DNA of 64,000 nt from a virus. The stretch is taken from positions 1 through 64,000 of IMG/VR virus record IMGVR_UViG_3300037296_000220; one strand, 5' to 3'. The notes below the pieces were generated by a model. The model was not told where the DNA came from. It searched no databases and saw only the letters and a list, made by a program, of their open reading frames with translations. Both the position numbers and the translations under genes were made by a program. Positions 17,619-27,469 of the stretch are shown one piece after another (position 1 is the first letter of the stretch; every line of letters begins with the position of its first letter).

Positions 17619-18332
17619 TGTTCTCTCCAATCGTCGCGGGAACCATTCTCGAACCGCGTGGTTGTCAGGTTTGTCAAAATGCCCTTTCTCAATTTGAGCA
17701 CTGAAAACAGTATAAATCAGTGAAACTGGGGTAGATACGTTGGGAAATGGGGCACCGATCGAGTGACAGCCGCGGCAGTTCCATGGGGTCGAGCGGTCAG
17801 GAGGGGCCGTGGGGCTACCGTGGCGGCACCTGATCCCGGGCTCCCTGTGGGCGGTGCTGGCTGGTTGCGAGTGGGATAATACGGGCATTACAGCGGGATA
17901 GCGGGGTGTTGCGGAGTACCGGTGTGCCAGGGTTGACTTTGACTGTGGCGCGGCGCGCGCCGATTTCACGCTACCCCCCGCAATACCATTCCTATCCTTA
18001 CTCTTCTGTTCATACTCTCTGGTGCTTTACCTCTATGAACTAACTGATTGTGCTCTCTATGGTTCTTTCTTCCCTGATTGATTGTTTCCCTTACGTTTAT
18101 TCTTATGGTTCTCTCTACAGCTCTGGCTCTCCCGGGTTCTCCTATTGGTTTGCTACCCTTTCCCGAATTTCCTTTTTCGTCTACAGGTTCATTCTCTAGG
18201 CAGTTGTACCGGGTGTATCGTTTTCTACCTTTCCACTACGTTTGTGGCCTGTTCCTCAGTTGCCACTGGTGAAGCTTATACCCTTTGTGGCCTGAGCCCT
18301 AGCGCAACAATCTGTATTAGGTGTCGGCTTGT

Positions 18333-18587
18333 TCATTTTAGTAAGTCCTTTAGCCGCTTAATCACTACGTCTGGGTGATCTATCCAGTACAGCGCCGAAT
18401 CTTCGCTGACATCATTAAACTGGTTGATCAGGTCTTCCACGAAAGCCTCCTTCTGTGTGTCAGGCAGATACCTGATGGCTGTCTCCAGCATGAGTGCATA
18501 GGCATCAGCCTCTGCTTCCAGGTCATCCGTGTGAGCCCTGGCTATATCCCGGGTCGCTGTGTTCAGGTCTTCTTGGTCAATGGTCAT
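18333..18587 (-). CDS. Hypothetical acidic protein
   Basis: ATGA-coupled to the upstream gene. Confidence 0.65.
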   Translation of the reverse strand: MTIDQEDLNTATRDIARAHTDDLEAEADAYALMLETAIRYLPDTQKEAFVEDLINQFNDVSEDSALYWIDHPDVVIKRLKDLLK

Positions 18588-19066
18588 GCTCTTCCCTCTG
18601 GTATCGAGCCTTGCAGTCTCAGTTCACACAACCTCTCTGCTTCACCACATTGCGCCCCGGTGAACAGATTGAAGTCGCAGTCTTTTAAGGGGATGCCCAG
18701 GGCCTTAGACAGCCACTTGTAAGCGTGCTGGGGCTTGTCTCCCCAGACGATGTACATGCGCTTGAAGTTCTTCTCAGCCAACTCTCTGGACGTTCTGAGC
18801 CTTTCGTGTGCCAGGGTGCCGAGTGGTAGGTGCGTATGCGGGTGCAGCCAGGTATGAGCGTCGCAGGGCTTGCACCGATACACATAGGGCCAGTTTACAG
18901 TTGTCCGGTCGAACGCCTGGTATTCAGTGACTAGCTCTACCGGGCCTTTGCAATAGGGGCACTCGGTCGGTACAGCCAGTTTGACCTTGACCTTGTCCAC
19001 CTCTGCCCTGTCGATATAGGGCAGAGGGCCAAAGGGCTCGTATTTAGGCTTGCGTCCACGTTTCAC
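18584..19066 (-). CDS. Zinc-finger protein (DUF3268-like)
   Basis: CPYC and CKPCDA...H...PLGTLA...AYKWL motifs. Confidence 0.8.
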   Translation of the reverse strand: MKRGRKPKYEPFGPLPYIDRAEVDKVKVKLAVPTECPYCKGPVELVTEYQAFDRTTVNWPYVYRCKPCDAHTWLHPHTHLPLGTLAHERLRTSRELAEKNFKRMYIVWGDKPQHAYKWLSKALGIPLKDCDFNLFTGAQCGEAERLCELRLQGSIPEGRA

Positions 19067-19069
19067 AGG

Positions 19070-19690
19070 TTACCCCTTCTGATTCTTTGGGTAGTGAATA
19101 CCACCTTCATCAGGTTGATCAGCCAATGCCATTGCAGCCTCAATAGTGGTTATACCCATAGCCCAGTGGAGAACGCAGTTGTTTACAACCCACTCTTGCA
19201 GCTCTATCGAATCTTGGTCATTCAACCAGCTCTTCAAAAATTCATCAGGTGGCTTAACACCGCCGCACAACACACGAAGCGCTTCCGAAAAGCGGAACTC
19301 CCATGATGTCGAGCCTTCGCCATCTGGCGTCAGTTCAGCTATATCGCCTTTGTTGCCGGTCATATCACAGCCCCGGCATGCTATACCTTCCAAAGATGCT
19401 ATGCGGGCACTTTGATCCGGGTTCAGATGAACCAGGTACTCAGGGTCGAAGGTGACCCGTATCGCACGCCCGTTGAACTCTCGATCAGTTTCGACACAGG
19501 TGACATAGCGCTGCCCCTTATCCTGGAACCAATACAGAGGGATGACCGGGGTCAAGCGTGTCATGCCTTGCATGAAGTGCTGGACTTCTGTGGCTTTTTT
19601 ACCCTGTAGTGCCAGAGCACGCTTGATTTCGTCCATAGGCATGCTCCAGTCAACTCTTGGCTCTATGATAAACTCGTCGTTGTGGCTCAT
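19070..19690 (-). CDS. Hypothetical protein
   Basis: Long ORF in a co-directional cluster. Confidence 0.65.
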   Translation of the reverse strand: MSHNDEFIIEPRVDWSMPMDEIKRALALQGKKATEVQHFMQGMTRLTPVIPLYWFQDKGQRYVTCVETDREFNGRAIRVTFDPEYLVHLNPDQSARIASLEGIACRGCDMTGNKGDIAELTPDGEGSTSWEFRFSEALRVLCGGVKPPDEFLKSWLNDQDSIELQEWVVNNCVLHWAMGITTIEAAMALADQPDEGGIHYPKNQKG

Positions 19691-19827
19691 GATACCGTCT
19701 CTCGCTGTGCTTCTACCCAGTCCCAGTAACCCTGACGGGTGCTGTCTTCGCTGACTTCATGCTGCCAGTCAGACACTGGATAGGTTTCGTCTTCACCCCA
19801 GGGGTCAAAGTCTGGATCAGGATTCAT
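19687..19827 (-). CDS. 46-aa Trp-rich acidic protein (not in the ORF track)
   Basis: MNPDPDFDPWGEDETYPVSDWQHEVSEDSTRQGYWDWVEAQRETVS; GAGG RBS; ATGA coupling. Confidence 0.7.
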   Translation of the reverse strand: MNPDPDFDPWGEDETYPVSDWQHEVSEDSTRQGYWDWVEAQRETVS

Positions 19828-19832
19828 GGTGT

Positions 19833-20108
19833 TTACCCTCCCACTGCTTTCATTTGCAGGTACTCACGCAGCACGGCCCGGGCGGGCTCATGGTTGCAGG
19901 CTTCAATCCACTGTTCGATCTGCTGCACGGTCATGGGCGCTTCTGCCCCGGTCACTGCTGCTTCACCGCATTCTCGGCGTGCAACCTCTCGCACAACCTC
20001 TTTCATAGGCCCAGAGACCCTGTTCACAGCTTCCAGGCCATGATGCTCTACCATGCGCTCAGCCATGAAGTTTCTGGCCGCGCCACCACTCAGTCTAATC
20101 TTGGACAT
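19833..20108 (-). CDS. Hypothetical protein
   Basis: AGGAG RBS; operon context. Confidence 0.65.
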   Translation of the reverse strand: MSKIRLSGGAARNFMAERMVEHHGLEAVNRVSGPMKEVVREVARRECGEAAVTGAEAPMTVQQIEQWIEACNHEPARAVLREYLQMKAVGG

Positions 20109-20119
20109 CAGTTTTTCTC

Positions 20120-20347
20120 CTAAACGTACTGGGCGTTCATGAATCGACCTTCAGGGTCATCTTCTCTACCGACGAACTCAGCGTATTCAAAGGTGAAGGT
20201 GATGCCTTCGATCGTGATTTCCTCTGGCCAACCATTCATTTTGGCGCCACCGGTAGACTTCAGTGTGCCATCTGGCAGTTCGTATGCAGCCAGGGCGAAC
20301 CCAGCCAAGAAGCCTGTATTAACGTGTGTCATTCCCGTCATAGCCAT
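20120..20347 (-). CDS. Hypothetical protein
   Basis: TGATG coupling. Confidence 0.6.
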   Translation of the reverse strand: MAMTGMTHVNTGFLAGFALAAYELPDGTLKSTGGAKMNGWPEEITIEGITFTFEYAEFVGREDDPEGRFMNAQYV

Positions 20348-20574
20348 CAGTCTTTCTCCACTTCCATATCTTTAATCAAAAGGGTTAACTCAGCCAGTGC
20401 CTGGGCGTTCTCTATTAGATATGCCCTGACCTCATTCTCATTGTCCATGCCAGCCAACAACCCACTGTGCTTAGCCACCGTGTCTTCCAGAGCACGAATG
20501 GCGTGATGCTTGGCCTGCTGATAATTCGCATGAACGATGCCATCCCTCGTCTGAAAGTTTGTCACCTGTTTCAT
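20347..20574 (-). CDS. Hypothetical protein
   Basis: ATGA coupling. Confidence 0.6.
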   Translation of the reverse strand: MKQVTNFQTRDGIVHANYQQAKHHAIRALEDTVAKHSGLLAGMDNENEVRAYLIENAQALAELTLLIKDMEVEKD

Positions 20575-20780
20575 AGTTTCCAGTCTCGTGTCACATAGGC
20601 AAACAGTATCTCTTCGCGGCTTTGCATCCAGGCGATCTGGCCATTCTTCATGACCCCCACCCCAATCGGATTGTAGCCATCGTCGTCCATCACTACTTCA
20701 GCCGAGCACTGACCGGTTATCTCACCATGAACTATGGTGAACATACGCAGCAGCTTCTGCTCTTCCGTCATCTGGGTCAT
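20571..20780 (-). CDS. Hypothetical protein
   Basis: ATGA coupling. Confidence 0.6.
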   Translation of the reverse strand: MTQMTEEQKLLRMFTIVHGEITGQCSAEVVMDDDGYNPIGVGVMKNGQIAWMQSREEILFAYVTRDWKL

Positions 20781-21012
20781 ACAGCCACCCTCACCCGCTC
20801 TCTGATGTTGTCCAGCGAAGCCTGGCCCAGCCGGCCATTGTCACCTTTCTCCATCAGATACTTGGTGTTGACCTGTATCACCTCCCCCTTGCAGTAGGGG
20901 AAGGTGCCTTTGTCCACCTGACACTGCGCTTTGCAGTAGCCATCTTCTTGCCACCAAAACTGCGGTATGACCCGGACCCGGACATTGCCAGGCGTACGAA
21001 ATAGATGCTCAT
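20777..21012 (-). pseudogene. Apparently frameshifted gene (or sequencing error)
   Basis: Adding one base near codon 5 joins ATG 21012 to a frame ending TGA 20777, which is coupled to the next gene. Confidence 0.5.
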
Positions 21013-21139
21013 GCGGAACTCACTTAGTTGTCTGTGTGTTAAGCAATCATACGACGCTCGCACTGGAGCGTCTACTGTGGGGTCAGGGGATTAGAGTGTC
21101 GCCGAAAGTGTCTGAGCGCTCGTCAGAGCGCTTCCCAGT

Positions 21140-21367
21140 TCAAAGCTGTACGAACGCAACGACTACTCCTGGGCGCGCGTTCTGAGACGTTCTAGCGCGC
21201 TCTCTGATCAGAGCCAGTGTGTCTGCGTGACGCTGTTCAAGTGCACAGCGGCTATGCGTCATAAACAGGCCAATGTAGTCACCCGGGGTGCCACCGAACT
21301 TAGCCGCTCGCTCTTGAGCGCTGGGCACCAGAATGACCGGCTTGTTGCAGATGGTGCAGTTAGCCAT
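21140..21367 (-). CDS. Small Cys/His phage protein
   Basis: CTICNKPVILVPSAQERAAK motif. Confidence 0.65.
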   Translation of the reverse strand: MANCTICNKPVILVPSAQERAAKFGGTPGDYIGLFMTHSRCALEQRHADTLALIRERARTSQNARPGVVVAFVQL

Positions 21368-21554
21368 TGCTCTTCTCCCGGGTGATAGCGTCGTCCATGA
21401 TGACCGTGTCTGCCGTCATGCCTCTAATCTGGCTCTTGCCACAGTTGCGACCAGACATAAACACTGTGATAGCACCGGTCGGCACACCTTTAGTGCCTGC
21501 CAGAATCAACAGATCGTGAATCCAGCTTTTGCCAGGCTCTCGAACGGGCTTCAT
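21360..21554 (-). CDS. Hypothetical protein
   Basis: Operon context; P-loop-like GRNCGKS fragment. Confidence 0.5.
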   Translation of the reverse strand: MKPVREPGKSWIHDLLILAGTKGVPTGAITVFMSGRNCGKSQIRGMTADTVIMDDAITREKSNG

Positions 21555-21558
21555 GACT

Positions 21559-21870
21559 TCAGCTCTCCCGCTTCAAGGTGATGCAGGTCAAATACTGCTC
21601 ATTCTGGAAGTTCTCAATGGCTTCTGTGCGGTTGCGAGGCACTGACCAGCGCGGCTCTTCATAGGCTGAAATGATCAGCAGCTCAACGACCGGGTTGCCA
21701 TCGGCGATACGCATGAGTTCAGCCATCTGAAGCCCGTCCTGACGCTTCGTCATAACCGTTTGGCTCAGGTCAGACAGAGCACTGCAAAACGTCCGCTCTT
21801 CATCGGTCAGGTCTGCCAGAGCCGCGTTTGAAGCCAGGGTAATCAGTAGTGCCAACATTGCCTTTTTCAT
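21559..21870 (-). CDS. Exported hypothetical protein
   Basis: Sec signal peptide MKKAMLALLITLASNAALA; two Cys. Confidence 0.75.
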   Translation of the reverse strand: MKKAMLALLITLASNAALADLTDEERTFCSALSDLSQTVMTKRQDGLQMAELMRIADGNPVVELLIISAYEEPRWSVPRNRTEAIENFQNEQYLTCITLKRES

Positions 21871-21917
21871 GGGTAGTCCCTCTGTGTGTGTCAGATCATT
21901 CTGCCACCGTTTGAAAT

Positions 21918-22562
21918 TTAGTCCAGAAACTGAGCGACCCAGAAGTCGTCTGCGTTACGGAAAGCGGCGATCATTTCCAGGTCACCAGGTGTGTGATCAG
22001 TCCAAATCTTGACAGCCTCTACTTTTGCCAATTGATCCAGGACAGCCATTTCTTCCGTTAGGTCATAGTGCCCACGACCCGGTTTGGCGTTTACCTGGAC
22101 ACAGATGGTCGGGCACTCAGTAGACATTTCTGACCGCAACACCACCACGATCGGTTCTGGCATCACTGGTGTGTACTCTTCTGGCTCAGCCTGTACCTCA
22201 CCCTCTTTGGTGACGCTCAGGAAGTTTGCGCCGCCGGGTCGCATACTTCGCATAACCTCGAACGCCTGCTGTGCGGCGTCTTCTCGACTGGTTGCGCTCG
22301 TCTCGTATTCCCAGACTATGGTGTATTCGTAAGCCTCCGGCTCCACCAGAGACAACTTCTTCTGTTCCTGAAGGATGTAGGCCCAGATACGGTTCATGCG
22401 ATCGGAATAGCTGAGTGTCCAGTAATCATCGTCGAAAAACTCAATAGCCAGTTCGCCGTCACGAGCACCAAGCAGCTCTTGAATGGAGTTGATGGTCTCG
22501 TTGAACAGCTCGCTTTCGACCGTCCGAATGGCGGCCTGCCCTACCAGTTGCTTCAGGTTCAT
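21918..22562 (-). CDS. Hypothetical acidic protein
   Basis: GAGG RBS; ATGA coupling. Confidence 0.7.
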   Translation of the reverse strand: MNLKQLVGQAAIRTVESELFNETINSIQELLGARDGELAIEFFDDDYWTLSYSDRMNRIWAYILQEQKKLSLVEPEAYEYTIVWEYETSATSREDAAQQAFEVMRSMRPGGANFLSVTKEGEVQAEPEEYTPVMPEPIVVVLRSEMSTECPTICVQVNAKPGRGHYDLTEEMAVLDQLAKVEAVKIWTDHTPGDLEMIAAFRNADDFWVAQFLD

Positions 22563-22930
22563 GCTGCCTCTCCCTTTACTGTAAGGCCGTAACTGTGCGC
22601 AATTTGTTTCAGTTCATGCTGCCAGTATTTGACATGGCTGTAGTCGTGGACGTTCTGAACCTCTTTCATTAACTCCAGGTCCACCTCAGCCAGGCTGTAG
22701 TCTTCAAATTTCTCGCACAGAACGCCATGAAGGTCATTGATGCCAGTTTCATCATCGTCATCAGCAAACTTAGCCTGCTTTTCGGTCAAAAAGTGGCCAA
22801 TGAAACAGGATTGCCCCTTTTGGTTACGATAAACGCAGTTGCCCTCGATGGCGCAGTAAATACCTTGCTTTGCGTACTCGATCAGTTCGTCCATGAACGA
22901 CTGGTCAGTGTGTTTTGGTGCCGCTTTCAT
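22559..22930 (-). CDS. Hypothetical phage protein
   Basis: CxYR...CFIG...QxVHD pattern; own promoter. Confidence 0.72.
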   Translation of the reverse strand: MKAAPKHTDQSFMDELIEYAKQGIYCAIEGNCVYRNQKGQSCFIGHFLTEKQAKFADDDDETGINDLHGVLCEKFEDYSLAEVDLELMKEVQNVHDYSHVKYWQHELKQIAHSYGLTVKGEAA

Positions 22931-23095
22931 ACTGCCTCACTTACTTGTTTGTGTGTAGTTGAATCATAGAGCTGCGCGCATGGGGAAGATACTGTGGCAA
23001 CTGGTGAGCCGAATCTGTCTGTGAGCGCTTCAGAGCGTCGCCCAGTGTGAGACTGTCAGTTGCATCAGTGCTCAGCGGGAAACGCTGTGAAGCAC

Positions 23096-23404
23096 TCACA
23101 AGAGCTTTGCCAGCTCTGCTCTGTGCTTGTTAATGAGTGCATTTAATTCTCGCCCCTGCCGCTCGATCACACTTTGGCTTTTGGTTCTCAGGTTAGCGGG
23201 AGGGTTTGCTTGCAGATCAATGGTGAAGGTCATGCCCTCTAACTGCTGATCCCAGTTTTCAATGTTCTGTACATCCGGTGGTCGCGTATCAACCGGCGTC
23301 GTACTTTGGCCACAACCACACCCCGGGTATCGATGACAGCCCATATAACCAAACGGCCCTATGTCCGCTGTGCATTCGCCGTCATCTTCATCAAATCCAA
23401 ACAT
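23096..23404 (-). CDS. Hypothetical protein
   Basis: ORF downstream of the operator copy at 23476-23488. Confidence 0.5.
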   Translation of the reverse strand: MFGFDEDDGECTADIGPFGYMGCHRYPGCGCGQSTTPVDTRPPDVQNIENWDQQLEGMTFTIDLQANPPANLRTKSQSVIERQGRELNALINKHRAELAKLL

Positions 23405-23657
23405 GCCATTCCCCCATTGGTTGACAGTCTAAATAAAAAAGTCGTCCACCTTGTATTAAACCAATATCAACCGGCCTATGTTACATACTTTTAGAGCCAT
23501 TTCTAAGGCCCTGATGGCACACAGCTTAGTGTGAAATCAGGGCCTATCTTGAGTGCAAAACAGTGGTCTTTAAGATGGTGCTAAGTGATATATACCGTTA
23601 TCGACCGCGAAAGATTTGTGTGACAAAATACGGTATGGCGGTTTGAAAAAATCGCAA

Positions 23658-24206
23658 TCAGTTTGACGTTTGTTCCAGGGTTTCCTGACCCTGCGCCTTA
23701 TCGAGAATGGACTGAATGTAGCTGTAGAACTGCTGGCGCATCACTAAGTCAATGCCATCAGCCTGTTTTTGTGCCAGATCCTGCATCAACTCATTGAAGC
23801 GCTTCTCTGCCAGGCGATTCACCAAATCTTCAGCCCATTTGATGAACTTCTCGGAAGCCAGATGCTCTGCCACCGTCTCTTGCGCCTGGTTGTCAAGTAT
23901 TCTGATCATGCGCGGCTTCATTTCGTCCTGCACAAACTTCTGCATCGCCTCATGACTGTTGCGTTGATAGCTGCCAGAGACGCCAAAATGACGCTCAAGT
24001 GCCACTTGGCTAATACCCACCCACTCTTTGCTCAAGGCTGCTGCCTGGCGATCAGCCCGCTCTATCAGCTCTTTGGAGTCTGGGATGCGGAAGTTGCGGT
24101 TGGCGAACTCCTGAATCACCGCCTGTTGTAGGTTGACCCGGGCCTCAGTGCCGTCCGGAAACAGCGTCTCCATCGCCTTTGCGTCCAGCTTAATTGTCGT
24201 TGTCAT
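23658..24206 (-). CDS. Hypothetical phage protein
   Basis: AGGAG RBS. Confidence 0.72.
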   Translation of the reverse strand: MTTTIKLDAKAMETLFPDGTEARVNLQQAVIQEFANRNFRIPDSKELIERADRQAAALSKEWVGISQVALERHFGVSGSYQRNSHEAMQKFVQDEMKPRMIRILDNQAQETVAEHLASEKFIKWAEDLVNRLAEKRFNELMQDLAQKQADGIDLVMRQQFYSYIQSILDKAQGQETLEQTSN

Positions 24207-24579
24207 CGGTACTCTCCTGCATTGTCATGGCGTTTTGCCGGTAATTGAAGTTGCCCTTCTTTCTTGCCACCTCGACCAGGGCATCGGGGTCCAGGTGGGG
24301 GTTGTAGATCGAAGCGCCCTTGTACCGGAACCACTCATGTAGTTCGTGCATTTCAGCGGCTTTGATCAGATCAAAGATTACGCCAACTATCTCCTGGCGA
24401 CACATGAAGGGCGACAGATAGCGCTTGCCAGAGCGCCAATGAGTCAGCTCCCCGGTGACGCTGTCCAGCGTGTTCTCCACATAGAGCTGAATGTAGTTGC
24501 CCGCCGTTGAATGAATGATCGTCCAGTTGGGCTTGTAGCTGCACTGCTTAACAATGGCTGTCACTTCAGAGGGAGTCAT
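24190..24579 (-). CDS. Hypothetical phage protein
   Basis: GKRYLS...AEMHELHEWFRYKG...NPH motif. Confidence 0.72.
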   Translation of the reverse strand: MTPSEVTAIVKQCSYKPNWTIIHSTAGNYIQLYVENTLDSVTGELTHWRSGKRYLSPFMCRQEIVGVIFDLIKAAEMHELHEWFRYKGASIYNPHLDPDALVEVARKKGNFNYRQNAMTMQESTDDNDN

Positions 24580-25225
24580 CAGTACCCCACTGATCTTGGT
24601 CGACTGGGTAAAAATGACAGCCACGCAGTTTCCACAGCAGTCGAAACCGCATGCCCTCTTCCAGACCCTCGCGCTTGATGACCTCATCCACTGTATCGGT
24701 CATGTGAAAGAACAGATCAGTGGCCCAGCCCTGGTCCTTGAAGCGACGCTCCGCCTTCATGTAGCCCCGGTTCAGTAATCGTTCGATATTGGCCATGAGC
24801 GTAGTGCCGTGCAGTTCATGGCTGGATTCAATTTCTTCCAGCACCCAGTCAATGATTGGGTCGCGTTCGAGCTGGGTGTCAGGCTCAAGCCGGGTGTGAA
24901 GTCTGTGCCAACGTTCGTCGTCTTCAGTCAGTGGATCGATCAGATCAACCACTTCCCTGCGAATCGACTCGTCTACAGCGACCCAACTCCCCTTTCGTGC
25001 CGTGCCGTAGGGGCCTCTGACGTAAGCCAGAGCGCCCATTGCCTCGATCTCATCGCGTATTGTGCCAATGCTTTTGAAGCCGTTTTGATGCTCCAGCAGA
25101 TCGTGCGCGAAGGCATTGCCGCCCGATGTCGGGATATATTGATCGTGCATTCTGATGCCTTCTGGCGTCAGGCCCACAATCCCAGTCTCATCATGCTCTT
25201 CGACGATGTAGGTGATAGCTTTCAT
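24566..25225 (-). CDS. Hypothetical protein
   Basis: AAGGAG RBS; AHDLLEH...E.EA putative metal-binding motif. Confidence 0.7.
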   Translation of the reverse strand: MKAITYIVEEHDETGIVGLTPEGIRMHDQYIPTSGGNAFAHDLLEHQNGFKSIGTIRDEIEAMGALAYVRGPYGTARKGSWVAVDESIRREVVDLIDPLTEDDERWHRLHTRLEPDTQLERDPIIDWVLEEIESSHELHGTTLMANIERLLNRGYMKAERRFKDQGWATDLFFHMTDTVDEVIKREGLEEGMRFRLLWKLRGCHFYPVDQDQWGTDDSL

Positions 25226-25235
25226 GATGCGCTCC

Positions 25236-25742
25236 TTATATCCAGCCACGTTCAGCGAAAGACACGATGCCGGGGTTGCCCACGACCAGGTGATCCAGTA
25301 CACGAACGTCAATAGCCTGGAGTTTGTCGATCAACTGTTCGGTGATGCGGCGATCACTTTGACTGGGCTCAGCCACCCCACTCGGGTGATTGTGATAGAT
25401 GACGATCGCCGCTGAGCCCTTCTTCAGACACTCATGGATCACTTCACGCGGGTAGACAGCAGAGCCATCAATCGTGCCGCGAAACAGCACTTCATCGGCA
25501 AGAATCTGGTGCTGATTGTCCAGGTGCAAGATGCCAAAGACTTCGTGATCGAGTTCGTTCAGGTGCAGTCGCAGGTAGTCGCGAGTCAGCTGAGGGCTGG
25601 TCAGTGATGAGCCTCGACGATGACGCCGTGCCAGTATCTTCTTGGCTTCTTCCACGATCCTGCGCTGTTCAGGACTCAAAGGGTCTTGGTGCATGTTGGG
25701 ACTCGTTAAGCAGTAGGGAGTGGTTGCTTCGTTGATGTTCAT
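25236..25742 (-). CDS. radC: RadC-like JAB/MPN domain protein
   Basis: VYPREV, HNHPSGVAEPSQSD and VLDHLVVG motifs. Confidence 0.93.
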   Translation of the reverse strand: MNINEATTPYCLTSPNMHQDPLSPEQRRIVEEAKKILARRHRRGSSLTSPQLTRDYLRLHLNELDHEVFGILHLDNQHQILADEVLFRGTIDGSAVYPREVIHECLKKGSAAIVIYHNHPSGVAEPSQSDRRITEQLIDKLQAIDVRVLDHLVVGNPGIVSFAERGWI

Positions 25743-25838
25743 CTAGTGCCTCACTTACTTGTTTGTGTGTAACTACACTATAACGAGCAGAGTGAGGCAC
25801 TTCAGCTGTGGCACCCGGGGCGCCACTGTTGTACCAGG

Positions 25839-26567
25839 TCAGGCAGCTTCGGAGGTTTCTTCTTTGATAGGAATGCCCAGGGCTTCGTTCAGGCCCGGGT
25901 CGATGATGGCAGGCAGGTTGCTCTCGTCGGCCACATCGTCTTTTGGAATCAGGTCTTTCGCTTCTGGCCACTTCTCCAGCAACGTTTTCACGGTTGTGCT
26001 GCGATTGACCAGTTGTTTCACCAGAAGCATCCGGTCGTCGAGCTGTCCCACCATATCGTCGAGCTGTTTGGTGCAATGCTTGATCAGGCGGATTTCATTG
26101 CTGAACCGTTGCTTAAATTCTTTGTGATCCATTGTGAACTGAACGGCGTTTAAGTAACACCTGCGAACGTCAAAGACCCCATTGTCGTCCTGGTTCAACA
26201 CCTTCGATGATTCAATGTAGGAAGAGCCCCCGAGCGCTTCCAGCACGTTGAACACGCGCAACTCGGTGTGGTCCAGAAGCTCCATTCGGTGCGATGGCAG
26301 CTTGATATACACCAAGTTATGTTTTACGTCTCTGATGCAGATAGCCTCTACCTCCATCTGGCGCAGTCTGACGGCGCCAGAAGCCATAAAGCTCTCGACA
26401 AGCTCATCGTAATTGTCCGGCAGCAACTCCTTGATGATGCTCTGACCCGCTGCATACAGCATCTTGCTTACGATGGTGAAGTCCGGGCGAGCGCTATTCA
26501 TCAGTCGCTCTTCAGCCGTGCGCACGATGCCCTGCTTGATGCTTTTGTTCAGTCTGCGTGTAGCCAT
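25839..26567 (-). CDS. Nmad5-like (nucleotide-modification associated domain 5) protein
   Basis: N-terminal RLNKSIKQGI and C-terminal TTVKTLLEKWPEA pattern. Confidence 0.65.
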   Translation of the reverse strand: MATRRLNKSIKQGIVRTAEERLMNSARPDFTIVSKMLYAAGQSIIKELLPDNYDELVESFMASGAVRLRQMEVEAICIRDVKHNLVYIKLPSHRMELLDHTELRVFNVLEALGGSSYIESSKVLNQDDNGVFDVRRCYLNAVQFTMDHKEFKQRFSNEIRLIKHCTKQLDDMVGQLDDRMLLVKQLVNRSTTVKTLLEKWPEAKDLIPKDDVADESNLPAIIDPGLNEALGIPIKEETSEAA

Positions 26568-26749
26568 GTTGATCTCCAGTTGTTCGCGTCATTGCGTACA
26601 AACATAGTAGTCTGTGTGATGCGGTATTAAAAGAGAGGGCACGACGTTCCCGTCAGTGCCCCTCAACGCGTTTGTGTGTGTGTACGCTGTGTCCAGTTTC
26701 CCAGAACCTAGACAACCGGTAAAGGTTCGCATTTGTGATTAGCGAACCC

Positions 26750-27061
26750 TCAGCCGAGTTTCACCACCTTATCTTCAGTCATTTGCAGTTCACCATTGGC
26801 CAACTTAAAGCGTATACCCTTGAAGGATACTGGATCGCCTGCCAGCTCTTCTGGCCACTGCTCAATGACGGCTCGCTCCAGTTCAGGGCGGCTTTCGTCT
26901 ATGTCAGCCAGCGTCTTCTCCAACTCCTTTTCGAGCAGTTCTTTACGCCGTGTCACCTTGTCCCGGGCGCGTTGCTTACGCTCTTCGATGGTGGAAATGT
27001 CTTTGAGCGCTTTCTTAAATTCCCGCATTTCTGCTTGTTTTTTCACCAAATTCTCCGTCAT
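26750..27061 (-). CDS. Coiled-coil hypothetical protein
   Basis: Operon context. Confidence 0.7.
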   Translation of the reverse strand: MTENLVKKQAEMREFKKALKDISTIEERKQRARDKVTRRKELLEKELEKTLADIDESRPELERAVIEQWPEELAGDPVSFKGIRFKLANGELQMTEDKVVKLG

Positions 27062-27469
27062 TTACCATTCTCCCCAGCCTATTTTAGACTGCTTCGTTTC
27101 GATTTCAACAAGTGCCTCTATGTCATCCAGAGCCGCTTCCTCTTCAGCACGCTCACTGGCCAAGTAACGCAGTGCATTGGCCATTCGCGCATGTGCCTGA
27201 TCCCTAACCAGTTGTTCAAATGGCTTAGGTTGAACCGGTTTCTTGGGCGCCATCACCTTCTCTCGCGCTTCAAACTCCAATAGTGTTGGCAGGGCCCCGC
27301 AGGCACGCAAATCACTCTGGGTGTAGCCATCCCTGGTGAAGCACAAAATCTCGTCGTCGAGCCGGGTCGCAAACGCCAGGTAGCGCTGAACCCGTTTCTC
27401 TAGGTCCACGTCAACCCCGACGCGTCCACCCTCAAAATTGACAAACCTAGCCATTACCACTGCCCCCAT
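27062..27469 (-). CDS. Hypothetical protein ending GWGEW
   Basis: Operon context. Confidence 0.7.
   Translation of the reverse strand: MGAVVMARFVNFEGGRVGVDVDLEKRVQRYLAFATRLDDEILCFTRDGYTQSDLRACGALPTLLEFEAREKVMAPKKPVQPKPFEQLVRDQAHARMANALRYLASERAEEEAALDDIEALVEIETKQSKIGWGEW

Noticed and set aside
17619-17969. N-terminal extension of the 237-aa ORF
   Set aside because: Low-complexity translation of the CCNNGG array; a good RBS precedes the Met at 17618
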